Assembly (NCBI RefSeq): GCF_018977255.1
Contig: NW_024704742.1
Coordinates: 128,094,001 to 128,158,000 of the forward strand
Length of the DNA stretch: 64,000 nt
Reading direction: 5' to 3'
DNA from: Callorhinchus milii
Lineage: Eukaryota
In this document: positions 11,677-23,552 of the stretch, piece by piece
Layout: each line of letters opens with the position of its first letter
Position numbering within the stretch: the stretch's first letter is position 1
The notes under the pieces: model-generated
The model's input: the letters and a program-made list of their open reading frames with translations, nothing else
Databases searched by the model: none
Told to the model about the DNA's origin: nothing
Position numbers and translations under genes: made by a program

Positions 11677-12344
11677 GATGTGTACTTCTCCAGAACCTCA
11701 TGGTTATGGAACTCCTTACTTTCCTCATTCTTCTCTACCTTGTACAATCTATAGGCTTTTAAAGCCCAAGCTTGACGTCAACTAATCCCTTTTTCTTAAC
11801 ATACCGTCTCTGCTACTCTTTCCACCTTAGTGCTGCTCTTTATTATGTGCCTCAGGCCTTCTCCCAGATACTGAATGTTAAAATAATGCATGGCTTAATG
11901 TAAATTGATCATTACCACTGCTTCCCTTTTTTAGATAGAACACTTTTGTTTCGGTAGAACTTTGAGGTTATTAGGGTCAGTTACAGAATATTCACTATTC
12001 TCAACAGTGATGTGTCAGCAGAGATTAATCTTTAATGCATCATTATTTTTTGATTCCGTCTCAATACATGAAGCTGAATGTGCCATGATCTTCAACCCCA
12101 GCCACTCTTAGGGATTTTTCAATGTCATGCTTCCAAGTTTGAATTATTGCTTTTGCTTCACTATGAATAAGGAATCCCATGTAAAGTAAGCTCCAAGAGA
12201 AGACAAAGGGCCTCAAGCAAGGGAATGTGCTATTGCTGTTAAAATCATTCACAGACTAGCAACTGTGTGCCAAATAATAATATCATAATAATCTAATCCC
12301 TACATTTAATATAATGCCTTATATTGCTGTAACGTTTCAAAGTC

Positions 12345-12757
12345 CCTGGCTCAGTTGTTAGCACTGAGTCATAAGGTTATGGGTTAAAGTCACACTTCAG
12401 AAATTTGAACTCAAATAGTCTAGGCTGATGTTTCAATACAGTGCTGGGGGGGTATTGCATTGTCAGAAGTGTCAGAAGTTTTTTGCATGAAATGTTAAAC
12501 CAAGGTCCTATCTACCAGAGCAAGTGGACGTTAAAGAACTCATGGTACTCAAATAGTGAAGGGAGTTTGTCCCAAAGTCCTGGCTAACAATCCCCTGAAC
12601 AAAATTGGTCATTCACTTCATGGCCCATTTCTGGGACATTGCAATGCACAAATTAGTTGCCACGTTCACCCATAAAATAAACAGTAAATCCGTGAAGTGC
12701 TTTGAGATGTTTCGACAATGTGATAAGGCACTATATCAAATGGAAAGATTATCATTA
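12345..12757 (+). mobile_element. DeuSINE
   Basis: cctggctcagttgttagcactgagtca..tctaggctga..gaaatgttaaaccaaggtcc..gtggacgttaaaga..catgg.., then tail gataaggcactatatcaaat. Confidence 0.88.
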
Positions 12758-14439
12758 CTTGAAAGTGTATTGCTTGTGTATTTGAAGGTGGCAGTTTATT
12801 TTGTGCTCAGCAATATTCTCTAAACAGCCAATTTTATGAATTGTGAATAATAATAATAATAATCCTTGCATTGACCAATGTAATGGGGCATTACTGACCC
12901 TGAACACATTTCAATGGCGCATTAATTTCAATAATTAATGTTCACCTGAACAGGCAGACATGGGACCTCAGTTTATGGTCTCATCTGAAGAACAGCATCT
13001 TTGATAAACAGGAATCGAATGCTTTATTCTCAGCTCAACCCTCTGCGGCAATTTCTCAAGATATTGCATAGGTTTCTAGACTGTAATACGATCCAAATGT
13101 CACTCCACATCACTGCCACTTTTTATTGCTTAAAAATTGCCATAATATTTTATTTTAATAATCAGTAGCAAATCTCTGCTCTGAGGTGATATAAAGTTAA
13201 CATTGTAGTGTAGACATTGATGATTAGCATCAAATCTCTTTTACTCCTGGAAAAAGAAATTATTTGATGGTTGCTTTGAGTCATAAATGGGTTTTAGAAG
13301 AATTATGACATCCCATGAATAAACGTGGCATGTCTCAATGTGAGAATAGAAGCAACTATATTGTCAATGCCTGCAAAGCTCAGTAGCTTCAGAAAAATGA
13401 AGAAGCAGCTGTAATTTCAGTGATCAAAGCCCCTCCAGACTCTATTGTAATTAACACATTTATTAGTGCTTATTGGCATTTCTCCAACCAACTGGTAGTT
13501 TCCAGCAATTTTCGCCGCGCAACTCAGACTTCTCATTCTTTTCCACCCTAAGGCAATTGCTTAGATTCCCTTCAGTATAACACACAAGGTAGCCAGGGTT
13601 TGTTTGACCTGCTGGATCATAACTCATCCACCAGAAGCAGAAGATGAGTTGAAAAGCCTTAGGTGTGAAATCCATGGGGTTTTAAACTTAGCACCTTTGT
13701 TGGGATATGGAAACTGGAGCAGGAAACAGGGAAAATTGAGCAAGAAATGGTGTTAAATTACAGCCTGTTATATTGAAGCATAGTCCATAAATTCGTTTTA
13801 CAAGGGAATTAGATAGATGCTTGAAACAGAGAAATATTAAAGGGCATTGGAAGTGAGCAGAGGCTTGACATTCCACCGAGTTTTCACCTGTATGACCCAT
13901 TTTGTCTTAAAATTTAACTTGGCTCTGAATTGTGAAAAAATCTTAAATTCAGACTTAATTTGGTGTCTGATTTGCTTCAAAGCATTTTCTAAATTATGGC
14001 TGAATTTAAGGCAATCAAAACAACAGTGGCTATCCATTTGGATGTGTCCAGCTCACTTTATTTGTTCGCTGGTTGCAGTTCTTATGTCTTTCCATTTAAT
14101 GAACAGATAATGTTCTCACAGAGGAATAACGTCACTGCTTAGGTCAATTCCACTGCATTTTTCATACAACAACTGACAGCACATTCAAAGTCTTTGACAG
14201 TTACACAAAGTTGATGCATTCCATTAAGCACAGGGTAAAATACATTTGAATCACTTAGCATTAAGAACCACTTCAAAAACAACATCACTTTTGGCATGTG
14301 TTTAAACTTTGATCTTATTTTAATGCCAACACAAAAGAGTCAGTGTGTGGGCAACATACTGTCAAATTATGTCGGAAGTGTGGACGTAGTTTGCATTAGT
14401 ATAGGTTTTGAGATACATATTTCTTCTATGATCGTAGGT

Positions 14440-14945
14440 TTACGAGGTTGATAATAGGCCTAGCAGGTTACTGCTATAAGGATAGACTGGATAAGTTGGG
14501 TTTTGTTTTGCTAGAGAAGAGATGTTTAACACGGGCCTTAATATAAGTGTTTAAATTTAAATTTATAAAAGAGTTTGATAAAGTTAACATAAATAGTCTG
14601 TTTCCACTAGGTGGGGAGTCACAAATAACCAGGGGACACAAATATACAAGAACTACTAGGGGATCAAAAAGAGAATTTAGGAGTAATTACTTCATGCAGG
14701 GAGCAGTGAGATTGTGGAGCTTGCTACCTGAAGCGGTGGTTGAATCAGTATAGATGCATTTAGGAGGAATACACCTTCACATGAGGGAGAGGGGAATAGA
14801 AGGTTATAATAATAATCCTTGTATTTGTACAGAGCGCTTTGATATATGGGAGGAAGTAAGGAATTAGTGGAAACTCATGTGGAGTACTGACACCGGAACA
14901 GATTGCTTGGAATGAGTGGCTGTTTCCATGCTGTGCATTCTTTGT
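14440..14945 (+). mobile_element. old CR1 LINE 3' end (ORF2 C-terminus plus 3'UTR)
   Basis: Translates to LFPLGGESQITRGHKY...EFRSNYFMQGAVRLWSLLPEAVVE, the CR1 TRGH..F.QR...WN.LP motif. Confidence 0.85.
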
Positions 14946-15187
14946 AAGTCTTTGTAAATTTGCCTTTATTGGGGTTTTCAATGAATTATTGAACATTTAC
15001 ACATACATATTTAAATATCAATTCTCTTCAGTTCCCACCTCTCCTTACCAGCTCCGGTTCGCAGTGAGCTGGGTAAAGCGCTTCGAATCGTCCATTCAAC
15101 GTGAAAGCCACCATATAAATATAAATTTTGCTGTTGATATTGTCTGAATACAAAAGAATAATTGACTATCTGTATGAGGTATGCTTA

Positions 15188-15265
15188 GAGTTACTACTCT
15201 TTACAGTATATCGGTATGAACTACTACCCTTTACAGTCTATCGGTACGAGTTACTACCTTTTCAG
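15188..15265 (+). repeat. 30-bp tandem repeat, about 2.6 units, within a SINE tail
   Basis: gagttactactctttacagtatatcggtat / gaactactaccctttacagtctatcggtac / gagttactaccttttcag. Confidence 0.85.
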
Positions 15266-17349
15266 CTCTTTTAGATGTCTGACCTGAAAGGGGCTATATC
15301 AAATATCAGGATTTCAGGATTATTATCTTAACATTTTCTAGGCTGGAACAAACTTCTGAAATTGATGCAGCTTTTCTAAAAAGCAATTGAAATTGTGCCT
15401 AAGAGTGTGTCACATGCGCTTGATGCTGGTAGTTTTCTAAAAAAAATTCTGGGCTTAAACTTATAGCCATGCTTTCAATAATTTCATTTGGGATGAAAAG
15501 GATTAAAATGGAAAACATTAAACCGCCCTTGGGGAACTCGATCACCCCATTGTTCATGCTTTGTTTATTGCGTTTCAGATCTGATCATTCTTGCTTCACT
15601 TAATCCCAATTCAGGCTGGAAAATATGGAACAAATTTTGCTCCCTATTGGCTTCAGGATTTGAAAGGTACAAATAGGCAATTACAGGAGAAAGCATGGTG
15701 AGGGGAGACGGAGGAGGGGAAAGAAAACAAATAGAGAAAAAAACTTTGATCTAAGGTTCTGTGATATGTAAGATGGAAATGCAAATCTGATTGGGGGGAA
15801 CATTCATCAGATTTTCTCTCCGCATGAAGGGATTGGAATTCCACCTGCGTTTAAATCTATTTTATTTATGTAGCATTTGGGAACCGTTAGCAAGTTTTTA
15901 TCTTAAACATGGCACTTAACGTTTCTTATAAGAACTACAGCACAAAACAAGGTTTCAAAGTTAAGACTAAAATCCACCTATTACCAAATTCTGGACAGTC
16001 TAAAGAATGATGTAAATAGAATAAATCTAGCCACAGGTGGAATTTCTCACCAGATATTGAGTAACGTAGGTCTGAAAATTTCCATCGTCATAAACATTGT
16101 CTTCAATTTTAAGATTGTTCAGAATTTTGGAAAATTAATAATTGAGTTCTTAATTTTGAATTTGGTCATTCACTTCATGGCTGTCTGCAAATTGGCTGCC
16201 GCGTTTCACCCACAAAATACTCAGTCAATATCCACTTTATAATTTATCCTGTGGCGCCCTTAGAGACGTTTCAATGATGTGATAAGGCACTGTATCAAAT
16301 ATTATTATTATCATTATTTTAATTTGGAAGCTGTTCTTATAAATGGTCTTAAATGCCTAAGTAAGATATCTTAGGTCTCAGTTTCCTGTTTAATAACTTA
16401 GACAAAAGTTCCCAAGTGTATCTCTAAACAAAGTTGTGTTTATTTGCTTTTTGTTTTGGAATGAATAATGCATTTTATCCGCAGGACAATATGTATGACG
16501 ATAAGGAGAATTACAGAGATGATTGAGCCATAACTTAGTGCTTAATTGGGCAAAGAAATAACAGTTATATTGAAATTAAAGAAAGATTCCCCAATACAAT
16601 GACATTTAAATAGTTGCCAAATCCCCATTTCGAGCATATAATACAAAGTATCACAGTAGAACAGTAAACTAGAATTTGAATTTCCAATTGTAAAGGGTTT
16701 TAACATTAGTGCACTCAATAAAATTGTCAGTTTTTCAATGGCAATTGTTTCCATTCATGTCAATGGGTTGAACTGTAGCTCAAGTGAATGCAGGTACGGA
16801 ACAGATTTGTGTATAAAGCTTATGTAAAATGAGGTTGCGTTTTGACATTTTACAATGAATTACTGCAGCGAGCAGACTTTGAAAACAGTGTTATAAATCC
16901 AAGATAATCGTAAAAGCCTCTGAGATAAGACAAGAGAAATGTGCAATAAAAAAATGCAAACTCAACTAAATTTAGATGTAAGGGGTAAAGTCCTCTGACT
17001 TTAATTACAATCCGTGAGGAGTAACATTATTTTCAGAAGATAATTAATCAGTAGCTGCTTCTTAAGGAGTTGGTTTACTTTGTAGAGATATTCATATTCA
17101 TGTATTCCAAAATATTATCAGTGTCATTATGTTGTATATCTTCAGGCCTGAATCATTCTTGCCTGTATTACCCTGTCACCTATGTCATTCACAGACTTCA
17201 TTCTCCAATAATTGGAAAACAATAGCTACCAAAAAGAAATTCAACCAACAAGAAACTCAGTCAAGCTTTGGTAATAAATAAAGGCAGTTCTCAGCATACG
17301 TTATAAAGAATGAACTTCTGTTTGACAGATACAAGGCAGCATTGAACCT

Positions 17350-17420
17350 AAAACCAGAAAATGCTGGTCAATTAGCACCTGAAAGGTTAATGGTTGGGGT
17401 TTGACCCTTCGTCAGAACTG
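17350..17420 (-). mobile_element. Penelope-type end fragment with degenerate minimal hammerhead fold
   Basis: Minus strand reads AGTT-CTGACGA-A-GGGT-CAA-ACCC-CAAC-CA-TT-AACC, followed by ..ccagcattttctggtttt, similar to the copy at 59.9 kb. Confidence 0.55.
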
Positions 17421-17964
17421 CAGTGATTGAGGAGGACAAGTAGGACCAGACCAAGAAATCAAAGACATTTGGAAGAAGCTAAACATTTATAACCAGTAAC
17501 TACATGTACACAGAGGCAGCTAATGGGTCATTAACAGATTGTGAAATGCTGGAAAGGGTATTCAAGAGCTGCACATGATACAAAGGCAATGTTTATCTTT
17601 ACGAATTGAATCTCAGCACTCCAGTAATTTTGAGAACTTATTAGCCTTTCGCTCCAAAGGAACGTTTTAGGAAGCATGGTTTGCAATTCTTAACTAAATG
17701 AGGAGCTTAGTCAGTGGAGCAGAACATAAAGGCAACGATTGGGATTCATTTATAATCGATTTAGAGTGCGGAAGGAGGATGATCTTGCAGATTATAGTGA
17801 GCACAGGCCTGCTGATGATCAGGAGATTGGAAAGAATTAAGCCCAGGGTAAAGGAGAAAGCAGAAAAGACCACTGAAAAAGGAAACTTCAAACTCTTAAT
17901 CAATAACAAGTCTAGGAAACCAGATTTGGGCAAAGACTGAAATTAGATATATACACCTAAAATA

Positions 17965-19230
17965 AATCACAGAGACCAAGTCTAATCCCGAATTATGGAA
18001 GTGAACGCAACTTGCAAAGGTTCGGGATATTCAGGAAAGACAAGAGGAAAGGACAACTAGAAGAGTTGCCTTATGTATAAGGGGCATCTGAGAGGTTAAG
18101 GATGTTGAGTCAGCATTGCAGAATCAGCTATGGTATGATATTCTCCAGTTAGATATGTTCAATAACAAAAGAACAAGACTAACATTTAACAGTAATAAAG
18201 AAATCCTTCCATTCAAAATACTACCTTTCACGTTGAGAGAATGTCTCAAAGCATTTCACAGGATTTACTGTGAAGTGTAGTGACTGTATATTTTGTAAGT
18301 GAACATTGGGACTTGTTACAGAATGCCAGGCCAACGTTTGAAGAACAACATGTCACTTTATGAAGATACTGGTAGTGTATGTTAGAAAACAAAGATGGTA
18401 GTGATGAGAGGGACTTCAATCTACCCAATGTAAACTAGGAATGCCCATGAGGGAAGGACTCTGAACTTGTCAATGCAATGCATGACTATTTCCTGTATAT
18501 CAACAAGACTCTCCCCTTGATTTAGATGTAATCAGTAACCCACAACTATTCAGGGAATAGAAGTAGTTGATCTACAAGGCAATAGCGACCATAACCCATA
18601 ACCTTTAATCTGACATGGAAATGGTGGAAGCACACAAACAGTCTCCAGACATAACTTTAGACTTGCAAACTTCAGGAGTAAGAACTTTGAGCTTAATAAT
18701 GGTTTCTGTCATTATTGTGTCTGGTGATAGTGACTCTTTGTTCACTGTATAACTATTGACAATTGAATTGTAATAAAGGGAACAATTGTTTAACATCCAA
18801 ATTGCACACATTATTTCATCATTAATTAAATAATAAAAGAAAAGTTTCCTTACATCAGGATTAAATGGACTCCCTTCAGAAGCTTGCAGATCTTTCAGGA
18901 CAAGTACTACTACCTAAGTGAAGCAGGGGCAAATTTAAACAAAAATTTTAAAAAGGAGATAAAAAAAATCCCCAAAGATTTGCAAAGCTTGTAGGCAGAA
19001 GAGAAAGGGCAACCTTTTGGCGGAATATAAAACTGTACAGAAAATTTATAAAAGGAGAGTTTAGGGGTGCCAAGAGAGAACTTGGAAAGGGACATAGCAG
19101 CAGATGTAAACCATAATGCCAAAAATTCTTCCAGTATTAAAGCAGTAAGAGGCTAGTCAAAGAAAACAATAAGGGTGTTGAAAAAGAGGATGAACATGAG
19201 AGAGTAAACACATTAAATAATATCAGTTAT
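17965..19230 (+). mobile_element. heavily decayed CR1 LINE ORF2, endonuclease and linker region (a SINE tail is inserted at about 18210-18305)
   Basis: In-order remnants: ITET, G..IFRKDK, RDFNLPNVN, GNSDHNP, and IAADVNHNAK.F.. resembling the CR1 K.F.KY linker. Confidence 0.7.
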
Positions 19231-19460
19231 GACTGCATCCTGACTGACAACATCCTAAATGACTACACCTGGGAGTTTTTAACAGGGGAGAAAACAACAA
19301 GGCCAGTTGTTAGCAGAACAGAGATGACAGGTTCAGGCCCAACAATTGTGCCAAATTGGTGGTGGCAGTGTGTTGGGGGGGAATATTTCAATGTGGTGTA
19401 GTCATTGAGAATCCATAATTAGAATGCACAAAGCATACTCTACGATTAAGGTTTCTTAAT

Positions 19461-19642
19461 CACAGTAAACTCCTGATAATTCGTCACTCCAAGGGAAAAG
19501 GGCTCAGTGACGAGTTATCTGGAGTAGCGAGTTAGGCATATGTATAAATACATAAATAAATACAGCCGGGATATTGACAGCATGATGATTTAAGTGGTCA
19601 TGACAAGTTAAGCCAGGGTCGAATTATCAGAAGTTTACTGTG
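19461..19642. mobile_element. 182-bp MITE, Tc1/mariner (Tigger/pogo)-like
   Basis: 23-bp terminal inverted repeats CACAGTAAACTCCTGATAATTCG and CGAATTATCAGAAGTTTACTGTG (1 mismatch); CAGT-initiated TIR. Confidence 0.75.
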
Positions 19643-22486
19643 GCACATTTCAAAAGGTGGGATAGCTCATGTCATACTGAGCTAGCATTCTGTCACTTCC
19701 CTGGAGTTTGCACTGCAGCACTTCAGATTGTCTAACTAGACAAAGTATTAATAATCGGAATCCTTGCATCTGAAGAGATGCCTTCACACCGTGAGTTTGT
19801 GTCAACGCGCCTCGTATTTGTGAAATGAATCACTGGAAGTCGAACTGGTTTCATGGCACCTCCTTTAATTTCTTTCTGGGGTCAGAAACAGGGGACAACT
19901 GTGAGAATCTTCCTTGTAATCCGCAGACTTGACCAGTTCTGAGTAATTCACATGTGAAAATTTGTGAAAAGAACTGACAAACCCAAATTGTCATATTTGC
20001 TGTATCTCCAAGCACATTCATCAAGGATTCAAGCAATTTTCTCTTCAGATATGTTGTGAAAAGGAAGACTGCTAGGAAAGGTCAGATCCCCAGGGCTGAT
20101 ATTCAGACATATATAGGTTGACATAGAAGGAGATGAATTGTTTGTTATTTCTTTTGCTGACGTCTACAACTCACAGTTTGTGAATCACATCCATTTTAAA
20201 AGGGAAGAAATATATAGTTTAATTTTTTAACCCTCTAATTTTTGGGGGTGTCAAAACAACAACATAGGAACATAGGAACAGGAGGAGGCCATTCAGCCCC
20301 TCAAGCCTGTTCCGCTGTTATTATCATGGCGGATAGAACAATATATCATAATATAACAACAACATATTACATTTACATAGCATCTTTGACAAGGCGCTGG
20401 ATAGTCAGGTATTTCGACCCAAGCTGGGGGTTGGGATCAGGAGGGGTGGATGACAGGGAGGGTAGGGGTATTTGACTGTAGGGTTATCTACAAAAGGATC
20501 TGTTAATAGAGATTAGCAGCAGAAACCCTGATTTTACTATTCGCAACCCAGAACATTTACCAAATAATACCAGATAAAATTGATTATTCACTTCATAGCT
20601 GTTTGTGGGATGTTGCTATGCACAAATTGGCTGCCGCATTCTCCTGCAAATACTGTAAGATGCTGTGAAGTGCTTTGAGATGTCTTGATGATGTGATAAG
20701 GTGCTATATCAAATGCAACAATTGTTCCAACATTGAATGTAACATTGTGCAATTTATCTGCTTTCGCCCACAAAAAAATCACAATCACTCCACTTTACAG
20801 TAAATCCTGTGAAGCACTTTGAGACAAGCTCCTTGTGTGAAAGACGCAATACCAAATGTAAGGATTAATATTAGTAAGAACAGACATGTAACTTCTTAAA
20901 AGTGAGCAACAATATTGTCAAGTTAGAGATAGCAGTCAAATTCCCTCAAACTTTCCTCTCTTGTTCATTCCAAACTGCAAATACATGGTCCAACATGCTC
21001 ACCTCTTCCCTGAACCAACAATGTGTTGAAATCAAAATTCATCCCAATGCCTTCTGCTCTCAGTTGTTCTTTCTCTTTGGTGATGTGCTGCAATATGGGC
21101 CATGATCCTTCACCTGGGTTCTCAATAAGAAAAGTGCCCTTGATAACACATCCAGTAAAGTCTGTTGGACTGACAGGAGGAGGGTGATAAATGCAGGTTT
21201 GGATGTCTTCAGGGAAAGGGAGCGAAATCAAATCCTGGTCAACTCTGATATGCCTCTTAACAGCCAGATACACAGATCTGTATTGACATAAGGGCTCGAA
21301 ACAGGTCATTTGTGGCATGTGAGACTCAAAGGAGGAGAGAGGAAAAAAGAGTAAATTGTTTTAAGTCCTTTGATTTTGTAGTTGTGTTCAGATTTCATTC
21401 TCTATACGGACTTGTTGAGTTGGACATGAAAAGAATTATTAAAATTTACTTATGAGATTTAACTGAGTTCAAATAATAAAATGTTACTTTTTAACGTGCT
21501 CACTTTCTACCCTTGAACTTTATTCAATATGAAAAGCTGCACATTACAAAAACAACTCTTGAGTCTCTACAAAGCAAAGGCTGAAGATTAAATGGAGAAT
21601 TAATCAGTGCCTGAGTGATGTTCCCTTTAAGTGACGATTCACATTAACACAGTTTCTATTAAGTAGCATGTATTGGCTCAGTAATCCCTTTATCTTACAT
21701 GGTTATTAGAGCATGGATAGCAACATCTCATGTGTTGACAGGATCTAATACCCAAACGTCACCAAATACTCCCCTGAGGTGTAATCCTGTGGTTTTAATC
21801 GCTTTGTATCCCTTCCACTCCAATCAGCATTTCACAAGATCACAAGAGAGGTTTGGATGCAGAAGACCCTTCTGCCCATTTGATCTCATCCCTCCAGATC
21901 TCTTTCTTTCACAATCCAGAAGGTGCATGAAACCTACACATTTTGTTTATATCAATCTAGAATATCAAAGCCAATTGTAATGTACTTTGCCTACTCGTTC
22001 GCCTGCAAAATGCAATCAGTACACTTTATAGTGAATCCTGTAAAGCACTTTGAAATGCCTCCCGACATGAAAGATGTTGTATGAAATGTAAGGATTATTA
22101 TTATCTATATTATCTATTATTATTAAACATTTTATTCAGATCTATCAAACAGCTTCATATAGTCGGAAGAAGTATTACATTGTTAGATATTCCCAGAATG
22201 TGTAGCCATCTTAAAACAGTAAGCATTTTCACTGATTCTTCATTGTATTGACTGTATACTTCGTCCATAAAATATACAGTCAATTCACTTTACAGTATAT
22301 TCTGTGAAGTGCTTTGAGACATCTCGAAGATGTGATGACGCTATATCAAATACAAGGATTATTATTATTATTTCATTGTAAAACATGATGTAAAATATTT
22401 GGGTATTTATCAACATGTCCATTGTGTTAAGAAAAACTGTCAATTTATCTCCATAGTCTTACTGATTGGAATTGAAGTGCAGGTTG

Positions 22487-22640
22487 TTTTTTTTTTGGTC
22501 AGCCGGGTGTCTGACACGTGCGGAAATCCGTGTTTATGTGTATCCAAACCAAACTGAGAATTCCACGCATCCCACCTACACATGGAAGTTCCAGGGATTG
22601 AATTGTTGGAATGGAATGTGCACTCTCTCCCTGGAGGGAG
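22487..22640 (-). repeat. repeat X, 3' part
   Basis: (T)10-ggtcagccgggtgtctgacacgtgcggaaa..ccaaaccaaactgagaattcc..ttgttggaatggaatgtgcactctctccctggag. Confidence 0.88.
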
Positions 22641-23411
22641 GTTGTCATATAGGCAATCATAACACCGAACCTGTGCCAGCAACAATAAAGAAACAACATT
22701 GCCAATTAATTTGAATTTGGGAGTAAATTTAGTCTGTAAGTGCAAAGATGGCAGCACCCAAGAAATCATTGACTTCAAACCAAACCATTATGATAGAGCT
22801 GGGGAGTGGGGGTGGGCAGGCAAGGTAAGAAATAAAGATTTTGCCTGCATTTTTCAATGATGCGTTTATTACGTTTATTAAACACAAACCTATCATCAGA
22901 TACTCTAACGTCTTTTCTTCAGGAAATATGCAGCTTAAATGGAACATTAGGCACGTTTATTAGATTTAAACTGAGTGTAAATTCAATATCCAATAGACAA
23001 GCGAACCTATTATACTGTTTTCATCAAATTGAAGGAATGACTTTGATAATTCACTGATGATTTTCTCTGTCGTGCGTTATGTGACCTTCCTCTTTCTTGG
23101 GACAAAGACAGCAATTCCACATCCAGTGATATTCTCTCTATGCTTGAGATGAAGACAATTACAAGCTTGGAAGATGCCTTAATGCTCCTCAGTCATGTGC
23201 ATGGATTTCCTTTTACCTACCTGGAGAAGTGAGCAGCTGTCATTTAAAAAAATTCTCCTGTTTGAGGAGAACAATTTTAGTCCCAAGATCCTCTGAGAGT
23301 GTCACTCAGGGACTCTAGGACCTCACTTAGTTAATGTTGGACTCACAACCAGGTCTTTGACAAGTTGGCTTCAGTGTTGTGGAGATTTAAGAAGCAACAA
23401 TCCTCCTAAAT

Positions 23412-23552
23412 TTGTGTGTATGTGTGTGATTGTGGATGTGATTGTAGAGTGTGTATGTATGTGTGTGTATGTGCGTGTGATTCTGAGTGTGTGTGTGTGT
23501 GATTGAAGGAATGACTGAAGATATGTGCGGGTGATTATGTTTGTGTATATGT
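23412..23552. repeat. degenerate (TG)n-rich simple repeat
   Basis: tgtgtgtatgtgtgtgattgtgg... runs. Confidence 0.8.

Noticed and set aside
15188..15265. CRISPR-like array
   Set aside because: Head-to-tail tandem units with no unique spacers, in a eukaryotic SINE context.
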